Part shown: in pieces, positions 17,537 to 26,925 of the stretch
Layout of the letters: each line of letters begins with the position of its first letter
Numbering within the stretch: position 1 is the first letter of the stretch
NCBI GenBank assembly: GCA_963667115.1
Contig: OY763007.1
Location: forward strand, 1,113,271 to 1,177,270
Origin: Nitrospirales bacterium
Lineage (GTDB): Bacteria > Nitrospirota > Nitrospiria > Nitrospirales > UBA8639
Direction of reading: 5' to 3'
Length of the DNA stretch: 64,000 nt
Made by a program: the position numbers and the translations under genes
The notes under the pieces: generated by a model
What the model saw: the letters and a program-made list of their open reading frames with translations, nothing else
The model's database searches: none
What the model was told of the DNA's origin: nothing

Positions 17537-18202
17537 TCATTTTCTTCTCTTGTCGGTGGCGCCTTCTATCGCAGCCAATATCCGTTGTCTCTTTTCTTCA
17601 GGGAGATGCTGCAAAATTTTCGACCAGCCTTCACGAGTGTCTTCGCTTCTCTTCTCGATAAGCCTGGTTTCGTATTCATCCCACACCGATTTGTGCAAAG
17701 CATGCAAGGTCGTATGGGTCTGTGGCTCCCCCCAGACCTCGGTGAGCCATTTGCAGTCCGTTTTGTTGAGGAGAGCCAGTTTTGCATATCCAATCTCTTG
17801 ATAGGAAAAGGGCAGTGCCTGAATGCACTCCGCCGGGATTGATTCAAAAACGTTAAATCCTGGTTGTTGTAATCGTGGCGCGTACTCAAGCATGAAGGAG
17901 CGAACAACGACTAACCAGTACAAGACGTCCAATTCCTCGGCATAATCTTCTTTCTTTTTGCGCTTCGCTCGAATCACCGCTCTGAGCGCAAGGACCGCTT
18001 CCTTGAATGCACTAGGCAGTGGGAGGTTGTCCAAGGCGATACGGAGTCGTTTACATGGCTCGTCCGGATATTGCTTGAGGCGGTCAGCCCAAAAACCGTC
18101 TATGTCAGATACCTTGTCAAGCGACTTCCAAAACGTTCTGACGCGAACCGTGACTTCAATGTCGACCTGGGTCTCCAGCCAAGACATGGTTATTGCCGAC
18201 AA
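17537..18202 (-). CDS. Hypothetical protein (221 aa), no recognisable family, AT-richer region
   Basis: A long ORF in a locally AT-richer segment. I recognised no motifs. Confidence 0.5.
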   Translation of the reverse strand: MSAITMSWLETQVDIEVTVRVRTFWKSLDKVSDIDGFWADRLKQYPDEPCKRLRIALDNLPLPSAFKEAVLALRAVIRAKRKKKEDYAEELDVLYWLVVVRSFMLEYAPRLQQPGFNVFESIPAECIQALPFSYQEIGYAKLALLNKTDCKWLTEVWGEPQTHTTLHALHKSVWDEYETRLIEKRSEDTREGWSKILQHLPEEKRQRILAAIEGATDKRRK

Positions 18203-18598
18203 AATTCTTCTCTTTTTTGAGCAATCATTAATATCCCTCTTCTTCCTTCTACGGTAGAAGATTCCTCACAAGATGACAACACGGACAAATTCAAAAAAAC
18301 CAGAATGCATTTATGTCGTTCAGGAACGTGAGCCCAACTGCCGGAAGAGGACCGGTAAGCCGAAGTACGCAAAGGCAAACATTAAGTGAAGTCTGCGTCA
18401 TCTGTATGTTCCCGATTCCCGGCCGTACCCTGCCGCAATGGCTCTCTCATTGATACACGGCATGAAGGATTTCCGCCAACCCCACGAGAGTCTCTCTTGA
18501 CCCCCGAGTCATGCAGTCACTATGCTCGCTATCCTGTTGATCTGTTTTCAATTCTTCATTGACGACGCAGGCAAAATGCGAACCTCACAGAGCGGCTC

Positions 18599-19267
18599 AT
18601 GACTGTTGCCCTTCCCTTTCGTGAACCACGGTTGGGACAGGATTATTGGATCGAAGATCATATTCTTCCCAATGCCCTTGAAGTGGCGCAACGGTGCATT
18701 GCAAACAGTACCTGGACGTTGGGCTCACCGTGGCGTCCGGAACCCTGGCCCGGCATGAGGGCCCCCAATGCCCTTCTGCCCGGGGAATTGCGTCACATCG
18801 AGGAGTGCGTCACACGACGACTCGGCATCCCGGCTTTGCAACCGCAAACCGATTCGGACATGGGGATTTCCGGCCATAATCATATACAACTGTGTGGCGG
18901 GGCCGAAGGCGTGGCACGTCCTCACGTCGATTCCGCAGCCATTTGCGATTACGCGGCGGTCCTGTACCTCCACCCCAATCCTCCGACCCCTCATGCCGGG
19001 ACGTCGTTTTACCGGCTCCACGTGCCGGGAGAAGAACCCGGAGGCAACGTCTGCCCACGAGAACATGAAAGTTTGCGGGACGTTCCCGGGATGCCTCAAG
19101 AAATGGACCCCACGCTCTTTGAGGAAATTTTGGAGGTGCCTTACGTGTTCAATCGACTCCTGGCCTACAAATCCGACCTGATTCATTCTGCCACTTCATA
19201 TTTTGGGTGGGGCACCGAACTCGCTTCAAAACGGATGGCCGTGGTGTTTTTCTGGAAAGTCCGGTAA
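18599..19267 (+). CDS. 2OG-Fe(II)-oxygenase-like protein (resembles the family I recall as DUF6445)
   Basis: ...RPHVDS...AAVLYLHPNPP...GTSFYR...LIHSA... gives HxD...H spacing typical of a cupin/2OG oxygenase fold. Confidence 0.45.
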   Translation: MTVALPFREPRLGQDYWIEDHILPNALEVAQRCIANSTWTLGSPWRPEPWPGMRAPNALLPGELRHIEECVTRRLGIPALQPQTDSDMGISGHNHIQLCGGAEGVARPHVDSAAICDYAAVLYLHPNPPTPHAGTSFYRLHVPGEEPGGNVCPREHESLRDVPGMPQEMDPTLFEEILEVPYVFNRLLAYKSDLIHSATSYFGWGTELASKRMAVVFFWKVR

Positions 19268-19560
19268 GGAAGGGGAGGAGGGATGTCATTCCCGCAAGCT
19301 TGTCCCCGACGTTCGTAATCGGGGATCTAGCGGGAATCCAGTGTCGTTATCTCCGCGAACGGAAGGAAAAAAGGCCCTGGACCCTCGATGGCAAACGTCG
19401 AGGATTGTAGATGTTCACTAATTCGTTGACAGCATGAGGGACTGCCTACAAGCAGGGAGGGCGGACACGCAGGTCCGCCCCTACTGCCCCCTTATCGGGG
19501 GGAGAGGAATTCTGCCGTCCCCCTGAGAAGGGGGATTGAGGGGGTTGTCTTTCAAAGGCG
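19268..19560. repeat. Cluster of five REP-like GC hairpins between convergent genes
   Basis: The hairpins are ATTCCCGC..[TCCCCGA-N9-TCGGGGA]..GCGGGAAT, CCTCGA-N9-TCGAGG, GGGCGGAC-N6-GTCCGCCC, CCCCC-TTATC-GGGGG and TCCCCC-TGAGAA-GGGGGA. Confidence 0.6.
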
Positions 19561-19647
19561 AGGGAAAGAAAAAACGGAAAGTGTCAACGAATGACTGAAC
19601 ACATACAAGGATGACAGAACGGGGCGAAATGCCTGCCCGGTGAGGAT

Positions 19648-21330
19648 TCAGTTCGTCGCGTTGAGCATTTCTCCGGCAGCCTTCCTGACTGTTTGTGTAA
19701 TCGTCGTTCCTCCCAACATTCGCGCAATTTCTTCTTCCCGATCATCGGCGTGGAGACAGGCGACCGTTGCAACGGTCCGCTTATCCACACTCTCTTTTTT
19801 GACCAGATAATGATGGTGGGCCTGGGCTGCAATTTGCGGTAGATGGGTGATGCACATCACCTGGTGTGTTTGCCCCAATGCTTTGAGACGTTGCCCCATG
19901 GTCGAGGCCACGTTCCCTCCGATCCCCGCGTCCACTTCATCGAAAATCAACACCGGGACTTGATCCACGCCCGCCAGCACCGTTTTCATCGCCAGCATCA
20001 GCCGTGAGAGCTCTCCGCCTGATGCGACACGCGCTAAGGGTTGCAGACTTTCTCCGGGATTGGCGCAAAACGCGAACTCGATCTGATCGATGCCGTTTGG
20101 TCCGATGTGTTCTGCTTGAGAGGCCGCAGTGATCCCGATGTGGAATCGTGATTTTTCCATCATTAATTGGGCCAACTCGGTCGCGATTCGTTTTTCAAGC
20201 TTTTTGGCCACGGCCTGGCGGGATTCGGACAGCTTCCGCCCCAAGGCCCACGTGTCCTGATAGGCCTGTGAGACTTTTTGCTGAAGCTGCTGCATGTGTT
20301 CTTCGAGGTTCTCGAATTCCTCCAATTCGGATTGAATCCGGGTTTGACGAGCGAGTAAGTCTTCCAGCGACTCACGGTATTTCTTTTTCAACCGTTGCAG
20401 TAACGCCAAGCGTTCGTCGATCTGTGCGAGTCTTGCCGGGTCGTGCTCAAAACCATCTTTATAACTTCTGGCGGCCAAAATCAGTTCTTCAACCTGGGCG
20501 ATGCCGCCATCGGTCAACTCGCTCCAATGACGAGTCGTCTCATCGATGGTCCCCAGCTCATGCACCAGTTTCCTGACTTCCGTTAATTGGGACAGGATCG
20601 ACGCCTGATTGTGATACAACAGGTCATAGGCCTGATTGACGATTTCCAACAACCGGCCACCATTCTGCAATTTGCGGTGTTCTCGTATGAGCGCCTCATC
20701 TTCTCCGGGAGTTAATTGGGCCTTGCCCAATTCCTCGCATTGAAAACGCAAAAACTCCTCGCGTTCCTGCCGCTCCTTGGACCGCCGGGTGACGTCCTCC
20801 ATGGACTGGACCAGTTCTTGCCATTGATGATAGTGGGTGGTGTATTCATCACGTAACGCCGGCAGGCATCCAAAGGCATCAAGGACACGCATTTGCACTT
20901 TTGATGAAAGAAGCGATTGCTGTTCATGCTGCCCGTGAATATCGACCAACCAACCGCCCAATTCCACCATCTGGTGCAACGGAACCAGCGTCCCGTTCAC
21001 GTACATCCGGCTCCGTCCTTCCCGGGAAAGAATCCGGCGAAGCAGGAGATCCTGCATCCCATCCGGCAGCAGATCCCATTCTTTCAATTTCGTGAGAATC
21101 GGCGGGTGGTCTGATAAGGAGAACACCGCTTCCAACGTGGCTTCCTTTGCCCCGCTTCGAATATGCTCGCCGGAGGCGCGGCCGCCCAGCAACAGGATCA
21201 AGGCGTCAACCAGGAGAGACTTTCCGGCTCCGGTCTCTCCCGTAAACACCTGGAAGCCAGGCGAGAACTCAAGTTCGAGGTAGTCGATAAGAGCAAAATG
21301 GGAAATGCGCAGCTCAGTGAGCATAATCAC
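19648..21330 (-). CDS. recN: DNA repair protein RecN
   Basis: N-terminal Walker A FTGETGAGKS, a long coiled coil, and C-terminal ...SGGELSRLMLA...LIFDEVDAGIGG. Confidence 0.95.
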   Translation of the reverse strand: MIMLTELRISHFALIDYLELEFSPGFQVFTGETGAGKSLLVDALILLLGGRASGEHIRSGAKEATLEAVFSLSDHPPILTKLKEWDLLPDGMQDLLLRRILSREGRSRMYVNGTLVPLHQMVELGGWLVDIHGQHEQQSLLSSKVQMRVLDAFGCLPALRDEYTTHYHQWQELVQSMEDVTRRSKERQEREEFLRFQCEELGKAQLTPGEDEALIREHRKLQNGGRLLEIVNQAYDLLYHNQASILSQLTEVRKLVHELGTIDETTRHWSELTDGGIAQVEELILAARSYKDGFEHDPARLAQIDERLALLQRLKKKYRESLEDLLARQTRIQSELEEFENLEEHMQQLQQKVSQAYQDTWALGRKLSESRQAVAKKLEKRIATELAQLMMEKSRFHIGITAASQAEHIGPNGIDQIEFAFCANPGESLQPLARVASGGELSRLMLAMKTVLAGVDQVPVLIFDEVDAGIGGNVASTMGQRLKALGQTHQVMCITHLPQIAAQAHHHYLVKKESVDKRTVATVACLHADDREEEIARMLGGTTITQTVRKAAGEMLNATN

Positions 21331-21347
21331 GGCGCATACTCATCACC

Positions 21348-21695
21348 CTAGGCAGGAGCGGAGTGTTGTGCGAGCAGCGAATCAATGACTTGTTTGAATT
21401 GGGGTTTGGGTCTTGCCCCCACTATCTTTTCAACCGGTTGTCCATTTTTAAAAAAGAGAATCGTGGGAATGCTCATGATTTGAAACTTGCCTGCAATCTC
21501 GGGCACTTCATCCGTATTGAGTTTCATGACCTTTAATTTTCCCTCATATTCTTTGGCCAATTCTTCGACGGTCGGGGCGACCATCTGACAGGGACCACAC
21601 CAGACGGCCCAAAAATCAACCATCACCAATGCATCGGTCTGATCCACTTCAGCTTCCCAATTAACGGTCGTTGCTTGCGCGACAAGTTCGGACAC
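21348..21695 (-). CDS. trxA: Thioredoxin
   Basis: FWAVWCGPCQMVAP active site in a protein of about 110 aa. Confidence 0.9.
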   Translation of the reverse strand: MSELVAQATTVNWEAEVDQTDALVMVDFWAVWCGPCQMVAPTVEELAKEYEGKLKVMKLNTDEVPEIAGKFQIMSIPTILFFKNGQPVEKIVGARPKPQFKQVIDSLLAQHSAPA

Positions 21696-21820
21696 GGCAT
21701 CCCCCTTTTTTCAAATATGACGACACGATCTCTTTCCACAAACGATGGAAAGAATCCTAACCGTGCAGTCGAAAGAGTGTCAACTTCAGCCCCGCGTCAT
21801 CGCGCAGCATCGCCTTGCCA

Positions 21821-22369
21821 TTACCATTGCCATGGTTCAGGCACTCCGGCCCACCAATTTTCAGGGTGTGTCTTTTTCCAGGCTTTCATTTCCAACCATA
21901 TTTCATCGGCACGAGTCCTATCGAGCCGGTTGGCCATGCCGGCCACCACGTCATATTGCTGTCGGATCCCCTCATGCAGCATTTCTTTGGCCATCCTGGC
22001 AAGCATGTCGGGAGGATCGACAAGATCCATGGTCCCGCGGTTGACCATGGAAAGGGACAACTGCCCCACCTTGACCCACTCGTCGCGTTCGGCCAACGAC
22101 TCCAAATACCCGTCCAGCGCATGATACACGTAAATGAGGTACACGTAACTTTCGACGGATGGCGATTGATCGATATTCATCTGGCAGGCTTCGACCGCAC
22201 GACGGTAATCCCCGGCAGCCAGATACACTTTGGCCCGTGCCAAGGGATGCTCGGCACGGGGGGCGTCTCCTGCGTCCGCAACCGACACACTGGTTCCCGT
22301 CAGACACCATCCGAGAAACAACACCAGAAGACTGAGGTACATTTTTCGAGACTGATCCTGCACGTCCAT
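21821..22369 (-). CDS. Hypothetical exported helical protein
   Basis: Signal-like MYLSLLVLFLGWCLTG and one TPR-like segment. The start is uncertain (22411, 22369 or 22342). Confidence 0.5.
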   Translation of the reverse strand: MDVQDQSRKMYLSLLVLFLGWCLTGTSVSVADAGDAPRAEHPLARAKVYLAAGDYRRAVEACQMNIDQSPSVESYVYLIYVYHALDGYLESLAERDEWVKVGQLSLSMVNRGTMDLVDPPDMLARMAKEMLHEGIRQQYDVVAGMANRLDRTRADEIWLEMKAWKKTHPENWWAGVPEPWQW

Positions 22370-22516
22370 AACGCCCTCCCCTCGATTGACGTTTCGCCAC
22401 GCGGTCAACATCAGAATACCACGTCTTGATCTCTGCGTGCATGCAGCGTAACGTATTCACGGCGATGTGGTAAAAATTGCTCGACCCTCACGTGCCCTAC
22501 AGCCCGGGACTCACCA

Positions 22517-23212
22517 ATGTATGCTTTGATACTGATTTTAGGAATGATCTTGGCGTCCTCCCCCGTGAAAGCGGAGACGGAATCATGGAAGACACTCAAT
22601 ACCGCCGGCATGTTGGCCTACAAAGAACGCAATTTTTCCATGGCGCGAGAGATGTTTCACCGGGCCTTGCAAGTCTTCGAAGGAACCACCGAACTCGATC
22701 CTCGCATCGCCACGACCCTGAACAATCTGGGCGCCACCCACGAAGCGTTAGGAGAGTACGAACAAGCAGAACTCCGTTATCGTCACGCGCTCACGATGAT
22801 CGAAACGATCCAGGGCCCCGATCATCCTGACATCGTGGTAGGGTTAAACAATCTGGCGTCTTTGTATTTTTCACAAAGAGCGTTCGACAAGGCAGTGCCC
22901 CTTTGGCAAAGAGGGCTCTCCATCAGTGAAAGTTTTTTGGGAGACGCGCACCCCCATCTGATCCAAACCCTGCTCACCTTGGGACTCGTCACGCAGGCAC
23001 AAAAAAAGTTTCATCAAGCGGAGCCCTACTATCTTCGCGCCATTGAAATCGGCAAACGTGCCCTGGGTGACGACCATCCCAGCCTGATTCCCCTCTATGA
23101 ACGCTATGCGTCATTCCTGCGCCAAGCGGATCGTGAAGAGGAAGCACAAGTTGTCGATCGCCAAGTGGAGGCTCTTCGAACGACAAATCAACTTTCCCTT
23201 CCTCATGAGTAA
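22517..23212 (+). CDS. Tetratricopeptide (TPR) repeat protein, exported
   Basis: Signal peptide plus 4-5 repeats of the LNNLA.LY..Q..Y..AEPLY.RAL type. Confidence 0.8.
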   Translation: MYALILILGMILASSPVKAETESWKTLNTAGMLAYKERNFSMAREMFHRALQVFEGTTELDPRIATTLNNLGATHEALGEYEQAELRYRHALTMIETIQGPDHPDIVVGLNNLASLYFSQRAFDKAVPLWQRGLSISESFLGDAHPHLIQTLLTLGLVTQAQKKFHQAEPYYLRAIEIGKRALGDDHPSLIPLYERYASFLRQADREEEAQVVDRQVEALRTTNQLSLPHE

Positions 23213-23332
23213 ACCGGCAGAAAACAGATTCGGGAGAGAGCGATGGGAGCACAACACACCCTGTGGCGGGTGGCACGAAACCTGAATCTTTCTCATCTTG
23301 ACCACCGGATTCACCACGGGTAAGATCCGGCT

Positions 23333-23605
23333 ATGGCACGAATTCCGTTTGATCCTCGCTCCTCGGGTTCCATGCGCCCCCGACCCGGCGGTCCTTCTCA
23401 GGCTGATCCCGCCGCCCAATTTCGTTCGCTGAATGCCACCCTCTTGTTTTGTCCGAATTGCAAGGAGGCGACACCGGCACGGGAACGGCTGTTGCTCGTC
23501 CTGCCGTCAGGCAACAAATACGAATACGTATGCTCCTACTGCGGAACCTCGACCGGTGAAAAAATCGACCAAGACCACCAGGCCCCCACGTTAATCATTC
23601 CCTGA
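23333..23605 (+). CDS. Small zinc-ribbon hypothetical protein
   Basis: CPNC...(22 aa)...CSYC, with a disordered N-terminus. Confidence 0.45.
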   Translation: MARIPFDPRSSGSMRPRPGGPSQADPAAQFRSLNATLLFCPNCKEATPARERLLLVLPSGNKYEYVCSYCGTSTGEKIDQDHQAPTLIIP

Positions 23606-23622
23606 CTTCTTTAAAAATCGTC

Positions 23623-25491
23623 TCACGGTCCGGAGGTTGTTTCGGGAACCGGCAAGCCTTCCATGGCCATGATGCGAAGCGCATTGGTGGTGGGACAAGG
23701 CCCGGGACGAAGCCGGTAGTCGAACGTCAATTCCTTGTCACCGACCGTTTCCTGAAAATGAACGTTGACGAGACTTGCCAATTCCTTTTCCAGGTTGGCC
23801 AACTCCAGGTCGTGCGTCGTGACGAGGCCCAATCCCCGTCCGGCAGTCAGTTCGCGAATAAACGCTTCACTTCCCAATAATCGTTCCCGGTTGTTCGTTC
23901 CTTTGAAAATTTCATCGATGAGAAACAACACCGGCGGTTCACGATGATCGCTCATCGCCACCAGCAGGTTTTTCAGGCGTTTGACTTCAACGTAAAAATA
24001 CGACAATCCCTCTTCGAGGATATCCCCAACCCTGATACAGGAGTGCATCCGCAGCCACGACCATTCCCAGGATTCGGCACACACCGGTCCCCCGGCCTGC
24101 GCCAGACACACGTTGATCCCAACCGTTCGTAAGAACGTGCTCTTTCCGGACATGTTGGAACCGGTCACCAGGAAGACCCGGCCCAAACCTCCGAGTGTCA
24201 AATCATTGTTGATCCGTTGTTGATGGGCAATCAGGGGATGCCCGATAGCCGTCCCGGAAAGGCCGATGCCGGCAGCGTTCCCCTCCGGCCGCCGGTGGGG
24301 CCACGCGTAGGATGGATTCACGTAGGCAAACGTGGCAAGGGCCATCGCCGCGTCAATGGTCGCCAGTCGCTCGATCCAATCCGGCAGAACGGGTCGCAGC
24401 CGGCCACAGACCTTCTGCAAATACCACGTCCACGCCAGATCCCAGGGGACCACGACGTGCATCGCAATATGCAAGAACGGATGCGCTTTCAGACTGAGTC
24501 CGCTGCAGATTCTCGCCAGTTGTTCGATAGCCACCGAAGGTTGCCTGGCCCAGGCTCTCAACGGTTCGGTCACGGCTTGAATCGCGGGAAAAGGTCGAAA
24601 CGACCGCTTCTCAAAAATGCCGATAACCGCGGCGAGTTTGTCCAACTCCAGGTGCAGATCGAGAGTCCGTTCAAACACGTGACTCAATCGCCCGCCGATG
24701 ACGAGCATCAAGAACGCGTAGCACAGAAAGGAAACGATCCAATATCCGGGCCCTCCGCCGCCGACCCAGAAACCAAACAGGACAATATTGAATCCGGCCA
24801 GAGCACTGGCCGCCAGCAACAGCGGACCCGATTGCGCCACGGACAGGGGATTGTCCAACAGGCTCCACAGGCGATCGGCATTGATCGGTTTGGGACTCAT
24901 GCATTTCGCCACGAGTCGAATCCGATTCCGCAATCCCGGCAACGAGGTAAGGGCCTGAACGAGTTTCCGGCGACTTTCCCATTGGTCGAAAGAAAGCGAG
25001 GGATCATGTTGATACGCCACCCGGGCCATCAGCCGTGTCTGCCCTTCTCGTGATACCGTCGTGTCCAACAGACGGAACAAAGAATACCTCCCGACAAGAT
25101 CAAGATCCGCACCGTACGGGTGATCGGAGGGCAGACTCATCGTTGATTCCGGGATGCCTCTCCAATCCACACGAAGACGAGCCAGATTATCTTCCTGGAT
25201 CTCAACCCACACTCCAAGGCGATGCAGCCGGCTTTCCAATCGGTTATGAACGTGAGCCACCCCCAGAAAGCAAAGAAGAAACCCCAAAAGCGCCCAATTT
25301 CCCGTGACGAACCATCCAAGTTCGTACAACGCGGCGCAAACCAGAATCCCGAGAAGTACGAGTCCCATACGGATGCGGCTCATCACCAAACTGACACGCC
25401 GCCCTTTTTGAAGAAGGCGGGTGCCTCGTTCACTGCCGCGAGTGATCAAGCCGTCGCGTTTGTGCCGTTTATCATCCATGATGCCGGCCAA
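23623..25491 (-). CDS. MutS-related ABC-type ATPase with membrane-spanning N-terminal half (no mismatch-binding or Smr domain seen)
   Basis: C-terminal MutS domain V (LVTGSNMSGKSTFLRTVGINVCLAQAGGPVCA, LFLIDEIFKGTN, GLVTTHD). Hydrophobic helices occur near residues 40-90 and 225-270. Confidence 0.8.
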   Translation of the reverse strand: MAGIMDDKRHKRDGLITRGSERGTRLLQKGRRVSLVMSRIRMGLVLLGILVCAALYELGWFVTGNWALLGFLLCFLGVAHVHNRLESRLHRLGVWVEIQEDNLARLRVDWRGIPESTMSLPSDHPYGADLDLVGRYSLFRLLDTTVSREGQTRLMARVAYQHDPSLSFDQWESRRKLVQALTSLPGLRNRIRLVAKCMSPKPINADRLWSLLDNPLSVAQSGPLLLAASALAGFNIVLFGFWVGGGGPGYWIVSFLCYAFLMLVIGGRLSHVFERTLDLHLELDKLAAVIGIFEKRSFRPFPAIQAVTEPLRAWARQPSVAIEQLARICSGLSLKAHPFLHIAMHVVVPWDLAWTWYLQKVCGRLRPVLPDWIERLATIDAAMALATFAYVNPSYAWPHRRPEGNAAGIGLSGTAIGHPLIAHQQRINNDLTLGGLGRVFLVTGSNMSGKSTFLRTVGINVCLAQAGGPVCAESWEWSWLRMHSCIRVGDILEEGLSYFYVEVKRLKNLLVAMSDHREPPVLFLIDEIFKGTNNRERLLGSEAFIRELTAGRGLGLVTTHDLELANLEKELASLVNVHFQETVGDKELTFDYRLRPGPCPTTNALRIMAMEGLPVPETTSGP

Positions 25492-25586
25492 TGACGATCC
25501 GTGTAAAAAGATGCGTCACCACACATGAGTACCCTTTCAGTGTACTATTCGCCTCTGTGAATACGGGTGAGGAGAGAGGAGACAGG

Positions 25587-26063
25587 TTAGTCGGAAGACA
25601 ACCGCAGGTTCTCGGGCAGGCTTTCCAAATATTCGATTAAGGCTCGATACGTCAGTTCGCGGACTCTGGCTTTCGTCGCCGGCTCTCCATCCAAACTGCG
25701 TTTCAGCCAGACCGTATCCTGCACTTGGGCGTTCGCCTGATTGCACAGGGTCCACATGTGATGAAGAAACTCTACCGACAATCCAACCTGAACCCCTTCC
25801 GATTCAATGCGATCATCCAGGATGGCCAACAGGTCTGAAATAGCCTGATCGGCCCGATACGGCTTGGAAGAATACCCGAATGCCTCCGTGGTGGCTTCTT
25901 CCTGTTTGGCCTGTTCGACCAAATCATGCATATACTCTTTCAAGAGCCCGATTTGTCGTCCTGAGAGTCGCATGGTCATTTCAACGCCAATCTCGATTGT
26001 ACTCCAGCAAGAAGATTCGCCTAACCTTATCTCAACTTTTCGGGATCGGCAAGCACTCTGCAC
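25587..26063 (-). CDS. Hypothetical protein
   Basis: ORF only. The likely start is the internal ATG at 25979 (MTMRLSGRQ...). Confidence 0.45.
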   Translation of the reverse strand: MQSACRSRKVEIRLGESSCWSTIEIGVEMTMRLSGRQIGLLKEYMHDLVEQAKQEEATTEAFGYSSKPYRADQAISDLLAILDDRIESEGVQVGLSVEFLHHMWTLCNQANAQVQDTVWLKRSLDGEPATKARVRELTYRALIEYLESLPENLRLSSD

Positions 26064-26209
26064 ACTTCATCACACCAACACAGGAGGCCGTGCAGAACAG
26101 AACGAAGAAAGAAATAGTCAGCGAATGAGCGAACATATATGTTTATTCCAACCACGCCGTGTAACGGGTGATAAATGACGGTTCAACAGCCATATGGTTC
26201 CGACCGGCC

Positions 26210-26238
26210 TTGCTATCTATGCCCCATTGGGGTATATT
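26210..26238 (+). promoter_or_regulatory. Putative promoter of the RelE-like/XRE module
   Basis: TTGCTA (26210-26215), a 17-nt spacer and TATATT (26233-26238). The toxin ATG lies only 6 nt downstream. Palindromes AACATATATGTT and CCATATGG lie upstream. Confidence 0.35.
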
Positions 26239-26244
26239 TGTGCG

Positions 26245-26583
26245 ATGCAGACAGTCGTCGAGACCCCGACATTCATGCGGCAGGCCGACAAGCTCTTCAG
26301 CGAGGATGAAAAACGAGAACTGATCGACTTTTTGGCGAAAAACCCTCTGGCGGGTGACAAAATTCCAGGGACGAGCGGTGTTCGCAAACTGCGCTTCTCG
26401 ACCTCCGGACGAGGCAAACGCGGCGGCGCACGGGTGATTTATTACTATCTCGACGAAACAATGCCGGTCTACGCGCTACTCGTCTATACGAAGGCAACGA
26501 AAACCGATCTGACGCCGAATGAAAAACATGTGGTTTCGGCCCTTGCAGCCGCGCTCAAGGCCACATGGAAGGAGATCAAATGA
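26245..26583 (+). CDS. RelE/HigB-2-like type II toxin
   Basis: MQTVVETPTF...LIDFLAKNPLAGDKIPGTSGVRKLRF...GKRGGARVIYYY...VYALLVYTKA. Confidence 0.8.
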   Translation: MQTVVETPTFMRQADKLFSEDEKRELIDFLAKNPLAGDKIPGTSGVRKLRFSTSGRGKRGGARVIYYYLDETMPVYALLVYTKATKTDLTPNEKHVVSALAAALKATWKEIK

Positions 26584-26864
26584 ACACTTTTGGCGACGAT
26601 CTGATCCAATCCCTCACTGAAGCCCTAGCCCATGCAAAGGGCGAAGGCCCCGCCATCGTCCACGTAGCGCCGCGCGAGGTTCGGAAGCAAGCAAAACTCA
26701 CACAGGCGCAGATGGCCCCGTTGATGGGCATGAGCCTTTCCGGTTATCGGAAGTGGGAACAGGGAACGCGTCGGGTCAGCGGCCCGGCCGCAACCCTTTT
26801 GCGCGTCATCGAAAGGGAGCCGGAGGCCGTCAAGCGGGCATTGTTGTCTGTGGGACAGGAATGA
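26580..26864 (+). CDS. XRE-family HTH antitoxin
   Basis: ATGA start/stop overlap with the toxin. ...LTQAQMAPLMGMSLSGYRKWEQGTRRVSGPAATLLRVIEREP. Confidence 0.8.
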   Translation: MNTFGDDLIQSLTEALAHAKGEGPAIVHVAPREVRKQAKLTQAQMAPLMGMSLSGYRKWEQGTRRVSGPAATLLRVIEREPEAVKRALLSVGQE

Positions 26865-26925
26865 CTGGCGTCTCAACAAGAGTGTCGGGTTACGCTCCAC
26901 TCACCGACCTACCATTTCATCTGGC

